Below, piece by piece: positions 26,414 through 36,922 of a stretch of 51,901 nucleotides of DNA. Position numbers and translations under genes: made by a program. Source of the DNA: a candidate division WWE3 bacterium (lineage in GTDB: Bacteria > Patescibacteriota > WWE3 > UBA101185 > UBA10185); contig QZJF01000012.1 of the NCBI GenBank assembly GCA_003599255.1, positions 1 to 51,901 of the forward strand, read 5' to 3'. Below the pieces are notes generated by a model that did not search any database, had not been told where the DNA came from, and saw nothing but the letters and a program-made list of their open reading frames with translations. Numbering within the stretch: position 1 is the first letter of the stretch; the number at the start of each line of letters is the position of its first letter.

Positions 26414-27418
26414 ATGCAGGGTGAAATTAACGACATAAGAAAAGTTTTCGACTCAGACCTTCGGGCAGCAAAACTTTCAGGAGATTTCGATACACTGTAT
26501 CTCAAATATTTCTCAAAAACACAAGGCATAATTAGCTTATTACTAAAAAAAATACCAGAACTGACTATCGAGGATAGGAAAATTTTTGGACCAGAGATAA
26601 ATGAACTCCAAAACGACCTTAAAAGGGTAATAGAGAGCGCAAGGGCAGAATATGAAGAAACCGTTACTTCCGACCCGTCCATAGATCTGACCGTCATAGA
26701 ACCCCCATATAACACGGGTATGATGCATCCTATTACTCAGACAATATTAGAGATGAACAAGTTCTTCAGGTATTACGGTTTTTCAATTGCTGAAGGCCCG
26801 GAAATAGAATCAGACGAATATAACTTCAGGAAGTTAAATCTTCCTGAGGGCCACCCAGCAACAGACTTGCAGGATACACTTTTTGTCCGCGAGCCGAATA
26901 TTCTGCTCAGAACACATACTTCATCTATTGAGGCTAGAGTACTGACTGAATATGAACCACCTCTAAGAGTCGTGGTTCCGGGAAAAGTGTACCGAAACGA
27001 AACAGCTAACGCCTCCAATTTAGGATTTTTTCATCAATATCAAGGATTTGTTGTAGACAAAAACATAACAATCCAACATTTAAAAGGTACTTTAGAAGCG
27101 TTTCACAAATTTCTATTTGGTGACGATATAGTTTTGCGGTTCAGATATAAGTACTATCCTGAAGTTTCTCCCGGAATGGGTGTGGATATGCAGTGCAGGT
27201 TCTGCGCCGGTATGGGATGCGTTGTGTGCCGTCAGAAGGGATGGATCGAGGTTCTTGGATCGGGGATGATTCATTACAACACATTAAAAATGTGCGGTAT
27301 TGATCCAGAAGAATATACCGGTTTCGCCTTTGGCATGGGCCTTGACAGGCTGGCAATGTCGAAGTTTGAAATAAACGACATCAGAAAATTGTATAGCGGT
27401 GAAATGATATATGTTTAA
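26414..27418 (+). CDS. pheS: Phenylalanine--tRNA ligase alpha subunit
   Basis: HPATDLQDT, LLRTHTS, PGKVYRNE, GFAFGMGLDR. Confidence 0.97.
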   Translation: MQGEINDIRKVFDSDLRAAKLSGDFDTLYLKYFSKTQGIISLLLKKIPELTIEDRKIFGPEINELQNDLKRVIESARAEYEETVTSDPSIDLTVIEPPYNTGMMHPITQTILEMNKFFRYYGFSIAEGPEIESDEYNFRKLNLPEGHPATDLQDTLFVREPNILLRTHTSSIEARVLTEYEPPLRVVVPGKVYRNETANASNLGFFHQYQGFVVDKNITIQHLKGTLEAFHKFLFGDDIVLRFRYKYYPEVSPGMGVDMQCRFCAGMGCVVCRQKGWIEVLGSGMIHYNTLKMCGIDPEEYTGFAFGMGLDRLAMSKFEINDIRKLYSGEMIYV

Positions 27419-27430
27419 AAGTAATTTACT

Positions 27431-29374
27431 ATGAAAATACCTGTTGAATGGTTAAAAGAATATGTAAATATTAAGAAGTCCTCAGCTGAGATAGGGAAAG
27501 CATTTACTTCAATTGGTCTTATGCTCGATAAGCCAATCTATGAGTATAAAGGGCAGGGGTATTCAACAGAAGTTCTGGATCTTGAGCACAGAATGGATAG
27601 ATCGGACTGGTTATCCGTTCTGGGATGTGCAAGGGACTTGGCCGCCTTTGAAAACGTCCCTTTAAAGTATCCTGATACTTATATCGGGGAACTTAGAGAA
27701 AGTGACGAAAGTCAAAAAGTGCCGATAATTGTAGAGTGTCCGGACCTGGTAAATAGATTCAATACAGTAATTTTCAAAAATATCAGAGTGGGGGAATCTC
27801 CAGAATGGCTTAAATACAGGCTTGAGGCCTACGGAATTGCTTCAATAAATAACATAGTAGACATAACAAATTATGTCATGGTAGAAACAGGGCAGCCCAT
27901 GCACGCGCAGGACCTGGCTAAATTTCAAAAAAGAGAGATTCTTATCAGGAGAGCACGCAAAGACGAAAAGATTACAACCCTTTTAGGTGAAGTAATAGAA
28001 CTAAATGACGAGTACTTCGTTTTAACTCAAGACGGAAAACCAATAGTACTGGGAGGTATCGTTGGAGGTATAAGCACTGCGGTTGATAATAAAACCACAG
28101 AGATAGTTTTGGATGCAGGTAACTATAATCAGATAAATATTAGGAAATCTTCTCGTAGATGCAAGATCCAAAATGAAACTGTACTGAGATACGACAAGTA
28201 CCTAAACCCTAAACTTACAGAATTAGCCTTAATGAGGGCAATCAAGCTTATACTGGAAAATGCAGGAGGTGAAGTGTATAAGAATATGGATTGGTATCCC
28301 TCTCCGACAGCGGATAAGAATATGGTACTCAGATACGACAGAGTAAGCAGACTTTCAGGAATGCAAATCGAACCGGAAAAAGTCAAAAGAATCCTTAAAT
28401 CTTTGGAGTACAAAATATTAGAAGAAAATAATACGGAAATTAAATTACAGGTGCCGCACTTTAGAACCGATGTGGCAGTAGAGGACGACTTGGTTGCCGA
28501 TGTTTTAAGAATAAATGACTATGCAAACATACCTGTTTCTTTTATAAAAAATTCGCCTCCAAAGGAAATCACTCCTGAAATCTATAATTTCGAAGAAGAA
28601 TTACGTGAGATATGTGTTAGAGCAGGGATGCATGAGCATATTTCCGACCCTCTTGTACAACCTAACCCCGAAGATAAAACACAGGTGATTCTTGAAAATG
28701 CAATTTCAGCTGAAAAATCCGGTTTGAGAACCGAGGGGTACAGCGGACTCGAAAATGTCTCAGACACTTATGTTAAGCATAAGATAAAAGACATTAAGCT
28801 GTTCGAAATCGGAAAAATATATTCAAAAATAGGTACACAAACTAAACTTGAGAATTTCACTGAAACAAGGATTCTAGAGGTTTATAACAAAAACATCGAC
28901 CTTTCCCTTAAAGAGAACTCCGGCAATACGGTGCGTCTTCTTAGTACTGTGATGAGGGACCTTGGAATTGTTAACTACCGTATAGATTACCTTGATGGTA
29001 AGAGTGTCATTTTGGTAGATGAGGACACACTAGGAGAGATTAGACACACGGATTTCAACCTGCTGACTGAAATGCTTCTTAAACATCGGGGACAACCTCA
29101 TAGAATCATTAGTGAATATAGAGTTGTGAAAACTGAGGATATTTCCGTTATTGTTCCAAAAGCCTACAAATCCGGTCCATTAGTTCATCGGCTCAAGTCC
29201 GTGGACAATAATATTATTGATATACACTGTTTAATTGAGGAGCTAGAAAGTTTGATCGGACCGGAGAGCAAGAACTTACTATTAAAATTCAGCTATCTTG
29301 GGGGATCTTTCTCACAAACCAAAGAAAAGATAATCGAGATACTTGGAACGGAAGGTTTGACGGTTCGCAGATAG
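27431..29374 (+). CDS. pheT: Phenylalanine--tRNA ligase beta subunit, short form
   Basis: EWLKEYV, RSDWLSVLG.ARD, NNIVDITNYVMVETGQPMHA, VPHFRTDV. Confidence 0.93.
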   Translation: MKIPVEWLKEYVNIKKSSAEIGKAFTSIGLMLDKPIYEYKGQGYSTEVLDLEHRMDRSDWLSVLGCARDLAAFENVPLKYPDTYIGELRESDESQKVPIIVECPDLVNRFNTVIFKNIRVGESPEWLKYRLEAYGIASINNIVDITNYVMVETGQPMHAQDLAKFQKREILIRRARKDEKITTLLGEVIELNDEYFVLTQDGKPIVLGGIVGGISTAVDNKTTEIVLDAGNYNQINIRKSSRRCKIQNETVLRYDKYLNPKLTELALMRAIKLILENAGGEVYKNMDWYPSPTADKNMVLRYDRVSRLSGMQIEPEKVKRILKSLEYKILEENNTEIKLQVPHFRTDVAVEDDLVADVLRINDYANIPVSFIKNSPPKEITPEIYNFEEELREICVRAGMHEHISDPLVQPNPEDKTQVILENAISAEKSGLRTEGYSGLENVSDTYVKHKIKDIKLFEIGKIYSKIGTQTKLENFTETRILEVYNKNIDLSLKENSGNTVRLLSTVMRDLGIVNYRIDYLDGKSVILVDEDTLGEIRHTDFNLLTEMLLKHRGQPHRIISEYRVVKTEDISVIVPKAYKSGPLVHRLKSVDNNIIDIHCLIEELESLIGPESKNLLLKFSYLGGSFSQTKEKIIEILGTEGLTVRR

Positions 29375-29382
29375 CCGTTAAG

Positions 29383-32043
29383 TTACCTGGCGTATCCAAT
29401 TACTTCCAATTGCACTTTCTTAGAGCCTTTATTACCATCCTCATCTTCGGCTACCGCCTCAAATTCGTGCATACCAATGCCGGATGCGTCTAACTCAAAA
29501 TTGAATCCGTATGGTGCTGACTTATCATTTGTAACCTTATTTCCATCCATATATATCCTCACAACCTCAACATCCTCATAAGCTGAAACCTCAACGTTAA
29601 GTCTGAAATTTAGGTACACCTTATCACCATTTTCCAGCTCTATGATCTCCACATTCACATCATTTTTATTCTCAACTTCGTCGCCGTCAAATTCAAGACG
29701 GGATCTCATTTGTGGAGGGAAATATGTTTCCTCGTCATAGTTTTCCTTTACCCAGGAATCTACGGATGTCTGCCATTCTGGAAGCTCCGCTTTTATCTTA
29801 ATAAACGTCTTTGTGTCTGTTTCGTCCGCGTCTTTGCACCCCTGATTAGCGATACGCCCGTCTATTTTGCATATCTCAATTCTCTGGTACCAGTCGCTTC
29901 GGGCCGTGGGCTGAGTCTGTTCAAGAAACCATTCTTGCCTGGTAGGGAAACCTTCCTGCGGTAGTAACCCTGTGAGTTGGTCAATTTCAATTTTTTTAAC
30001 GCTTGAGGGCGCCTCAAATTTCTCGTCCGGTTTATCTGCTAAATACTCCTTCATAAATCTATTCCAGATAGGAGTTGCTCCGGTAATACCTGAGGCAATA
30101 TTTGGGTTCATTTCTTCATTATTATTGTTTCCAACCCACGCACCTGCAACTATAGATGGGGTAAATCCAATAGCGTAATTATCCCGCTTATCATCAGTTG
30201 TACCTGTCTTCACCGCAACCTGGTGCCCCGGAATATTTAAGAGACTGCCAAAACCGAATACCGCACTTCTAGCTCCGTCATCTGAAAGGATATCCGAAAT
30301 TATAAAAGCGGTACCTTCATCCATAGCTTTCAAACCCCCCGTGTCCTGCCATTTGTAAATTATATTACCGTTGGAGTCTTTAATTTCGACAATTGGGGTC
30401 GGTTGTCTGTAAATTCCCTTAGCCGCAAATACATTAAAAGCACCGGTTAATTCCAACAATTTTGTCTCTCCGCCTCCAAGCGTAAGTGACAAACCGTAGC
30501 GTTCTCTTTCCTTAAAAGTTGATATTCCCATTTTCTCTGCCATATCAATCATGTTATCGATTCCGACTATTTTTAAAGATTTTACTGCGGGTATATTTAA
30601 AGAGTTGCCAAGCGATTTTCTCAAAGACATAACGCCCCTGAATATTCCGTCATAGTTGACAGGTATATACGGTTTGTCGGGGGCAGACCCTTCAAATATT
30701 GAGGGAACATCCAGAAACGGAAAGGACGCAGGATAACCCTGAGAGAGCATAGTGGCATAAGTTATCGGTTTAATAGCGGAACCAGGCTGTCTGTTGGCTA
30801 AAGTCACATTAAGATAAGGCTCAAATTTACAGCTATTTTCTCCTGTTATACCGGATATGCAGTTCTCCGGCTGGGAGTCCAAATCGTACCCCTTAGAACC
30901 TACCATGGCCAATATCTGGGCAGTTTTAGCGTCCAACACTACCAGGGACCCATTCCAAACGTTCATGGAACTTGCTTTCTCGACTTCCTCTAAAACTATT
31001 TGCTGGGCCTTTTCTTGGAGATCCAAATCTATACTTGTAGTTACCTGCAATCCTCCTTGCTCTACTAGTTCTTCTCCGAACATATCGGCTAGAATCTGTT
31101 TGGCATAGAAAACAAAGTGCGGTGCTGCAAATGGAACAGATGCAGCCTGGAATTGAAGCTCTTCTTTTTTTGCGTTTTCATAATCTTCATCTCCAAGGTA
31201 GAACCTTTTACCGTCGCTTCCTGCCCATCCCCGAACATTCATGAGGTATAAAACATAATCTTTTCTTTCCATACCGGCCTGGGGATCTCCAGCATAGTAT
31301 GAGTAATAGCTAGGACGTTGAGGTAACCCGGCAAGGTAGGCAGCTTCAGCAACAGTCAGATCCTTTGGATGTTTGTTAAAATAAGCCTTAGCAGCACTGA
31401 AAATTCCGTAATTTTGGCCGCCATATGGCGACTCATTCAGATACATCTGTAAAATCTGATCTTTGGAATATTTATTTTCAAGCTGTAAAGACAATATCAA
31501 CTCTTTAATTTTTCTTGGGAGAGTTTGTTCCGACGTCAGCAAGGTATTTTTTATAACTTGCTGAGTTATAGTCGAACCGCTCTGAAGACTCTCTCCGAAG
31601 ATCATATTTTTCATGGCACGGGCCATACCTCTTATGGAAAAGCCTCTGTGTATATAAAAATCGGAATCTTCGGTGGCCAATGTGGCATCAACAATATGTG
31701 GGGAAACTTCGTCCAGACCAATTAAAGTCCTGTTTTTGTCCCCGAAAAGTTCATATATCATTTTGCCGTTTCGGTCATAAAACCTGGTGGAAAGTTCAAA
31801 GTTTCTTTCAAGGAGTCTATCCGGATTTGGAAGTTCCCTTGAAAAATAGGCAAAAACAATCACTACGACCAAAAGTCCTATGACCATGCTCAACAAAACA
31901 AACGAAGCAAAATAGGTCACAAATGTAAGAGATTTAACATTGTTTAAAAATGATAAATTAGGTCTGGGGATATTAAATTTCGGAATAGCACGAGATCTGC
32001 TTTTTCTGCTGCGCGATCCCGATGTCATAAACTTAGCACGCAT
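29383..32043 (-). CDS. Class A penicillin-binding protein (transglycosylase/transpeptidase) with C-terminal Ig-like domain
   Basis: EDSDFYIHRG, GSTITQQ, RKIKE, GSAIKP, SLN, KTGT. Start placed at ATG 32043, 6 nt after TATAAT. Confidence 0.93.
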   Translation of the reverse strand: MRAKFMTSGSRSRKSRSRAIPKFNIPRPNLSFLNNVKSLTFVTYFASFVLLSMVIGLLVVVIVFAYFSRELPNPDRLLERNFELSTRFYDRNGKMIYELFGDKNRTLIGLDEVSPHIVDATLATEDSDFYIHRGFSIRGMARAMKNMIFGESLQSGSTITQQVIKNTLLTSEQTLPRKIKELILSLQLENKYSKDQILQMYLNESPYGGQNYGIFSAAKAYFNKHPKDLTVAEAAYLAGLPQRPSYYSYYAGDPQAGMERKDYVLYLMNVRGWAGSDGKRFYLGDEDYENAKKEELQFQAASVPFAAPHFVFYAKQILADMFGEELVEQGGLQVTTSIDLDLQEKAQQIVLEEVEKASSMNVWNGSLVVLDAKTAQILAMVGSKGYDLDSQPENCISGITGENSCKFEPYLNVTLANRQPGSAIKPITYATMLSQGYPASFPFLDVPSIFEGSAPDKPYIPVNYDGIFRGVMSLRKSLGNSLNIPAVKSLKIVGIDNMIDMAEKMGISTFKERERYGLSLTLGGGETKLLELTGAFNVFAAKGIYRQPTPIVEIKDSNGNIIYKWQDTGGLKAMDEGTAFIISDILSDDGARSAVFGFGSLLNIPGHQVAVKTGTTDDKRDNYAIGFTPSIVAGAWVGNNNNEEMNPNIASGITGATPIWNRFMKEYLADKPDEKFEAPSSVKKIEIDQLTGLLPQEGFPTRQEWFLEQTQPTARSDWYQRIEICKIDGRIANQGCKDADETDTKTFIKIKAELPEWQTSVDSWVKENYDEETYFPPQMRSRLEFDGDEVENKNDVNVEIIELENGDKVYLNFRLNVEVSAYEDVEVVRIYMDGNKVTNDKSAPYGFNFELDASGIGMHEFEAVAEDEDGNKGSKKVQLEVIGYAR

Positions 32044-32140
32044 ATCTTTATTATAGCTCAAATGAAGTCTAATTATAGCAAAACCATTGTATGCTTGCAC
32101 TGCATTGTAATAAGTGAGAGAAACTTTTATACTGGGGTAA

Positions 32141-33346
32141 ATGGCAAAAGTAATAACAGATATTGAACTCATAAATAAGTTTTTAAATAGGGGAGTGGAT
32201 AGCATATTTCCGGGCAAAGACGAACTTAAACGAAAACTCATGTCCGGTGAGCGAATTAGAGCCTATCAGGGCTTCGATCCTACAGGCCCCTACCTTCACG
32301 TAGGACATGCGATGGGTATAAGAGCACTGAGAATACTTCAACAGCTTGGACATGAAGTAGTCTTTCTCGTAGGAGACTACACAGCTAAAGTAGGCGACCC
32401 GGACAAACCCACAGGCAGGCCGATACTTTCAGACAAAACTATCAAAGATAATATGCAGGGATGGAAGAAACAGGCAGCGCAACTTATAGATTTTGACGGG
32501 GAAAATCCTGTACTTTTCAGAAGAAATTATGAGTGGCTTTCAAAGTTGAAACTGGCTGATTTAATCCGGCTAATGTCTCACGCAACAGTACAACAGATGA
32601 TGGAAAGAGATTTGTTTCAGCGCAGACTTTCCGAAAACAACCCCATTGGTCTGCAGGAGTTCATTTATCCCCTAATGCAGGGCTACGATAGTGTAGCAAT
32701 GGATGTAGATTTAGAGATCGGAGGTACGGATCAGACTTTTAACATGCTTGTGGGAAGAAACTTATGCAAGTCATACCTAAACAAAGAAAAATTTGTTAGA
32801 ACCAACCAAATGATGGAGGCTCCTGATGGCGTTACAATGAGTAAAACCAAGGGTAATGGGATAAACCTGTCAGACACACCTGAAAACATGTATGGAAAAG
32901 CTATGTCTTACTCCGACAATCAAATTGTGAAAGGTTTGTTCCTTCTTACCGAAATGGAAGATGAAGAAATTAAAGAGATTGATCAACTATTGCGTAAAGG
33001 TGAGAATCCGATGAAATATAAGAAGATAATGGCATTTGAGATAGTAAAGACTATTAAAGGCAGAAAAGCGGCTGAAAAAGCGCAGGGAAACTTTGAGAAA
33101 GTTGTGCAGAATAAGGAAATTGCAGAGGAAAATATAACTTATGTTTCTCCAGCGGAAAAAACTACAATCCTAAATTTTCTGAAAAGTTCTGTGGGTTCGG
33201 AATCTTCCAGCCAAATAAAAAGAGTCATCGAACAAGGCGGAGTAGAGGTAAATGGGGAACAGGTCAAAAACCCGTTTCAGGAATTCGAATTTAATACCGG
33301 ATTAGTAATAAAATTCGGCAAACGTACATTTTTTAAGGTTAAATAA
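32141..33346 (+). CDS. tyrS: Tyrosine--tRNA ligase
   Basis: GFDPT, HVGH, YPLMQGYD, GGTDQ, MSKT, C-terminal S4 domain. Confidence 0.97.
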   Translation: MAKVITDIELINKFLNRGVDSIFPGKDELKRKLMSGERIRAYQGFDPTGPYLHVGHAMGIRALRILQQLGHEVVFLVGDYTAKVGDPDKPTGRPILSDKTIKDNMQGWKKQAAQLIDFDGENPVLFRRNYEWLSKLKLADLIRLMSHATVQQMMERDLFQRRLSENNPIGLQEFIYPLMQGYDSVAMDVDLEIGGTDQTFNMLVGRNLCKSYLNKEKFVRTNQMMEAPDGVTMSKTKGNGINLSDTPENMYGKAMSYSDNQIVKGLFLLTEMEDEEIKEIDQLLRKGENPMKYKKIMAFEIVKTIKGRKAAEKAQGNFEKVVQNKEIAEENITYVSPAEKTTILNFLKSSVGSESSSQIKRVIEQGGVEVNGEQVKNPFQEFEFNTGLVIKFGKRTFFKVK

Positions 33347-33347
33347 A

Positions 33348-33470
33348 ATGATTAAGTCAATAAAGAAGACATTCAGAAAAGCGTTAAAAAGGGAAAATCT
33401 GACAAAGCTCTTAATAATACTAAGTACTTTGGCTTTGATCGCTACTTCCATATTACCCTATATAATATAG
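33348..33470 (+). CDS. Small 40-aa membrane protein, not in the ORF track
   Basis: MIKSIKKTFRKALKRENLTKLLIILSTLALIATSILPYII fills the tyrS-recG gap almost exactly. Confidence 0.6.
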   Translation: MIKSIKKTFRKALKRENLTKLLIILSTLALIATSILPYII

Positions 33471-33473
33471 TCA

Positions 33474-35489
33474 ATGCTAAATTTTGACACCAAAGCTGAA
33501 AAGGTTACAGGTGTAGGACCAAAATACCGCGATTTGCTGGAAAAACTGGAAATAAAGAATGTAAGGGATTTCTTATACCATTTTCCCTTCAGATACGACG
33601 ATTATTCTGAAATAAAAAATATTAAAGATATTCAGGAAGGGGAAACCGTCACACTACGTGGTACGCTGGGGCCTGTAGAAAATATTTTTACTAAATTCGG
33701 CAAAAAATTGACCAAAGCGGTATTGGCAGACCATTCCGGGAAAGTTGATCTTGTGTGGTTTAATCAACATTTCCTGAAAAAGGTCCTGCTCCCCGGACAA
33801 ATTTACAGCGTAAGCGGCAGAGTAACTCTATTTAACAATAAGCCATCAATATTAAACCCGGAAATTGAAGCCTATACAGCTAAAAGCTTGAACACCGGTA
33901 GACTAGTACCTGTATATCCGGAGACTTACGGGATAAGTTCAAAATGGCTTAGATCCAAAATACATAATTTATTGACCAGTATAAGTGAAACTGAGGATTT
34001 TCTCCCTGAAAAAATACTTAAAAAATACAACTTTCCCGATATAAACCTCTCCATGAATAGCATCCATTTCCCAGAAAGCAGGGAGCAGTTAGAGCGGGCC
34101 AGATCAAGATTTGCCTTTGAAGAACTTTTTATTCAGTTGCTGAAAGTAGAAAAGAAAAAATTTGAATGGAATAAATCCGGCAGAGGAACTGCAATAAATA
34201 AAGCGCAGGAAGCACAGGAAGAATTTATAGAGTCGTTGCCTTTTACACTCACGGATTCACAAAAGAAAGCAGTTGAGGAAATCTTAGACGATATGTCTCG
34301 TGATGTTCCCATGAATAGACTCCTGGAGGGAGACGTGGGGACCGGAAAAACTGTTGTCGCTGTTATAGCTGCTTATATCACTAAACATAACAAATTAAAA
34401 ACATTGTATATGGTCCCCACTGAACTTTTAGCACATCAACATTACGAAACATTTAAGGCTCTTCTTGATCCTTTTAATGTAAACATCTCGTTGTTAACCG
34501 GTTCGGTGAAAAATCATAAAGATAACAACTGGGACATACTTATAGGCACTCACGCACTGCTCTACAATAATGAAGAATACTCTGATACGGGCCTTGTCAT
34601 AATAGACGAGCAACATAGGTTTGGGGTTAAGCAACGCGGAAAGTTGCTCGATGTAGGAAAAAACAAAAAGGTCCCGCATCTGCTCACCATGACTGCGACT
34701 CCAATACCACGGACCTTGGCGCTGACTCTTTATGGTGACCTCTCCATATCCGTGCTGGACACACATCCAAATTTACAGCGAAAAATACACACCAAGGTTG
34801 TATCCGATAAAGACAGAGACAAAGCATACGAATGGATTTTGGACAAAAATGAACCTGCGTTCATAGTGTGCCCGCTAATAGAATCATCGGAAAGTGAAAC
34901 AATGACCAATGTTAAGGCGGCTGAGGATGAGTATGAAAAACTTAAACACGGGGTATTTAAGGACGTTGACGTAGGACTGGTGCACGGAAGGATGAAAAGC
35001 AATGAGAAAAAACAAATGCTGGAAAATTTTAAAAACGGAAAAATCAAGATTCTTATAGCCACCCCTGTTATTGAGGTAGGTATAGATGTTCCTGAGGCAT
35101 CAATCATGGTCATTGAAAGTGCGGAGCGGTATGGACTTGCCACGCTTCATCAACTGCGCGGTAGAGTAGGGCGGGGTGACAAGCCAGGATATTGTTTTAT
35201 TTTCATGAGCGATGATTCCAAAAGTGCTTATAAGAGATTAAAAAATCTCGAGAATATCGATAGCGGACTTAAACTGGCAGAGCTGGATTTGGAATTGAGG
35301 GGAGAAGGCGATATATTTAGCACATTGCAGCATGGCTTTAAGAGGTTTAAAATAGCCGATCTGTCGGATTTTGAACTTTTATCCAAGGTCAAATCAGAAG
35401 CCGAAAATCTGTTTCCCGAGCTTGATAAATATCCTAAGCTTAAGGAAGCTATAATGGACGTACAGGAAACACATATTAGAAATAATTAA
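33474..35489 (+). CDS. recG: ATP-dependent DNA helicase RecG
   Basis: RLLEGDVGTGKT, IIDEQHRFG, MTATPIPRTL, LHQLRGRVGR. Confidence 0.97.
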   Translation: MLNFDTKAEKVTGVGPKYRDLLEKLEIKNVRDFLYHFPFRYDDYSEIKNIKDIQEGETVTLRGTLGPVENIFTKFGKKLTKAVLADHSGKVDLVWFNQHFLKKVLLPGQIYSVSGRVTLFNNKPSILNPEIEAYTAKSLNTGRLVPVYPETYGISSKWLRSKIHNLLTSISETEDFLPEKILKKYNFPDINLSMNSIHFPESREQLERARSRFAFEELFIQLLKVEKKKFEWNKSGRGTAINKAQEAQEEFIESLPFTLTDSQKKAVEEILDDMSRDVPMNRLLEGDVGTGKTVVAVIAAYITKHNKLKTLYMVPTELLAHQHYETFKALLDPFNVNISLLTGSVKNHKDNNWDILIGTHALLYNNEEYSDTGLVIIDEQHRFGVKQRGKLLDVGKNKKVPHLLTMTATPIPRTLALTLYGDLSISVLDTHPNLQRKIHTKVVSDKDRDKAYEWILDKNEPAFIVCPLIESSESETMTNVKAAEDEYEKLKHGVFKDVDVGLVHGRMKSNEKKQMLENFKNGKIKILIATPVIEVGIDVPEASIMVIESAERYGLATLHQLRGRVGRGDKPGYCFIFMSDDSKSAYKRLKNLENIDSGLKLAELDLELRGEGDIFSTLQHGFKRFKIADLSDFELLSKVKSEAENLFPELDKYPKLKEAIMDVQETHIRNN

Positions 35490-35506
35490 TTTATAGAAAT
35501 AGCGAC

Positions 35507-36055
35507 ATGATTAGAGTCACGACCGGAATAGCAAAAAATAAAAAACTTGAAGCACCCGACGTTGAGAATTTCCGCGCAGTTCAGGAAAAAGTAAAGCTTG
35601 CAGTATTCGCAATACTGAGTGAGAAAATAAACAATGCAATATGTCTGGATCTATATGCCGGAAGCGGGAATTTAGGCATAGAAGCACTGAGCCGAGGGGC
35701 ATCCTGGTGCGATTTTGTAGACGAACATCCAGAGAGCATAGAAATTATCTCTAAAAACATAAAATTCACAGGTTTTGAAGAAAAATCCGGCATATTCAGA
35801 AGAGATGCCGTTAAATACGTTACTCACGCCGAGAAACTTTACAACATAATATTCTGCGATCCTTTCTATGAAAACACATCTCACGTACATTTGCTAAATA
35901 ATATGGTCAATATCCTTGCCGATAAGGGTGTTCTTATCTTCTTCCACGGTGAACAATTGGATATTAACGCTACCTCCAAAAAGTCCGATTTAAAAATTTT
36001 GACACAAAGAAAGTTCGGCAGGGGTTACTTTACGATCCTCCAAAAAGATCATTAA
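35507..36055 (+). CDS. rsmD: 16S rRNA m2G966 methyltransferase RsmD family
   Basis: LDLYAGSGNLGIEALSRGA, DPFY; follows recG. Confidence 0.88.
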   Translation: MIRVTTGIAKNKKLEAPDVENFRAVQEKVKLAVFAILSEKINNAICLDLYAGSGNLGIEALSRGASWCDFVDEHPESIEIISKNIKFTGFEEKSGIFRRDAVKYVTHAEKLYNIIFCDPFYENTSHVHLLNNMVNILADKGVLIFFHGEQLDINATSKKSDLKILTQRKFGRGYFTILQKDH

Positions 36056-36102
36056 TTTGGGAAAAACTTGCAATTATCCGAAATATTTGCATAATAATGT
36101 GC

Positions 36103-36249
36103 ATGGCTGTTCCAAAAAGAAGGCATTCAAAAAGCCGAACAAGAAAAAAGAGAAACTCGCACTACACCCGTAAAGTGACTGTTGCTGTCAAGACCAAGGA
36201 TAAGAAAGGCTACAAGAGACCGCACGTTGAAGAGTACGTTGAGATATAA
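36103..36249 (+). CDS. rpmF: 50S ribosomal protein L32, not in the ORF track
   Basis: MAVPKRRHSKSRTRKKRNSH...KRPH, 48 aa. Confidence 0.92.
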   Translation: MAVPKRRHSKSRTRKKRNSHYTRKVTVAVKTKDKKGYKRPHVEEYVEI

Positions 36250-36261
36250 TTTAACATAGAA

Positions 36262-36687
36262 ATGAAGTCAAGAACTGATCCAAGACATGCTGCCAGAAGA
36301 CTTGCGTTAGCTTCAATCTTTTGTTGGCTCTTTTCTGAACAAAACAAGGAAGAATGCCAAATTCTATCCAAAGAACTCTTAGATCACGAAGAAGTAGATA
36401 ACAAACTTTCTGATTTTATAATCGACGGGGTTAAGATTAATCTGGACAATATCGATAAAATCATTGAAAATGCTGCTCCCGAGTGGCCTTTGGACAAAAT
36501 TTCCAAGGTTGATTTAGTGGTGCTTAGAATTGCTGTTTTTGAAATAGTATATGGTAAGAAAGCACCAATAAAGGTAGCTATTGATGAATCGGTGGAGTTG
36601 GCAAAGGAATTTGGCAACGACACATCTCACAAGTTTGTAAACGGGGTCTTAGGCACAATAGTTGACCAGTTGGAGAACAAACAATGA
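36262..36687 (+). CDS. nusB: Transcription antitermination factor NusB
   Basis: RHAARRLA, VAIDESVELAKEFG, FVNGVL. Confidence 0.96.
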   Translation: MKSRTDPRHAARRLALASIFCWLFSEQNKEECQILSKELLDHEEVDNKLSDFIIDGVKINLDNIDKIIENAAPEWPLDKISKVDLVVLRIAVFEIVYGKKAPIKVAIDESVELAKEFGNDTSHKFVNGVLGTIVDQLENKQ

Positions 36688-36917
36688 ACGAAACCGCGAA
36701 AAAAATAATAAAAATAATAATAGACAAATCCGGTCATGAACATGACGAGATAGACGAATCTTCATATTTCGAGGATGATTTGAACATAGGAGAGATGGAA
36801 CTTATGGAGATACTTACCGAGATAGAGGAAAAATTTCAGGTCGAAGTTGTACAAGAAAAAGAAACCTTAGAAACTGTAGGAGATTTAATAGACCTAGTGA
36901 TGGAACAGCTGGAATAA
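36684..36917 (+). CDS. Acyl carrier protein-like protein lacking the DSL serine
   Basis: 77 aa, acidic; SYFEDDL...EIEEKF...LETVGDLID; directly upstream of rnc. Confidence 0.75.
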   Translation: MNETAKKIIKIIIDKSGHEHDEIDESSYFEDDLNIGEMELMEILTEIEEKFQVEVVQEKETLETVGDLIDLVMEQLE

Positions 36918-36922
36918 CTGAG

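Noticed and set aside
32044-32241. N-terminal extension of the PBP in the ORF track
   Set aside because: It overlaps the tyrS start and its promoter; ATG 32043 is the better start.
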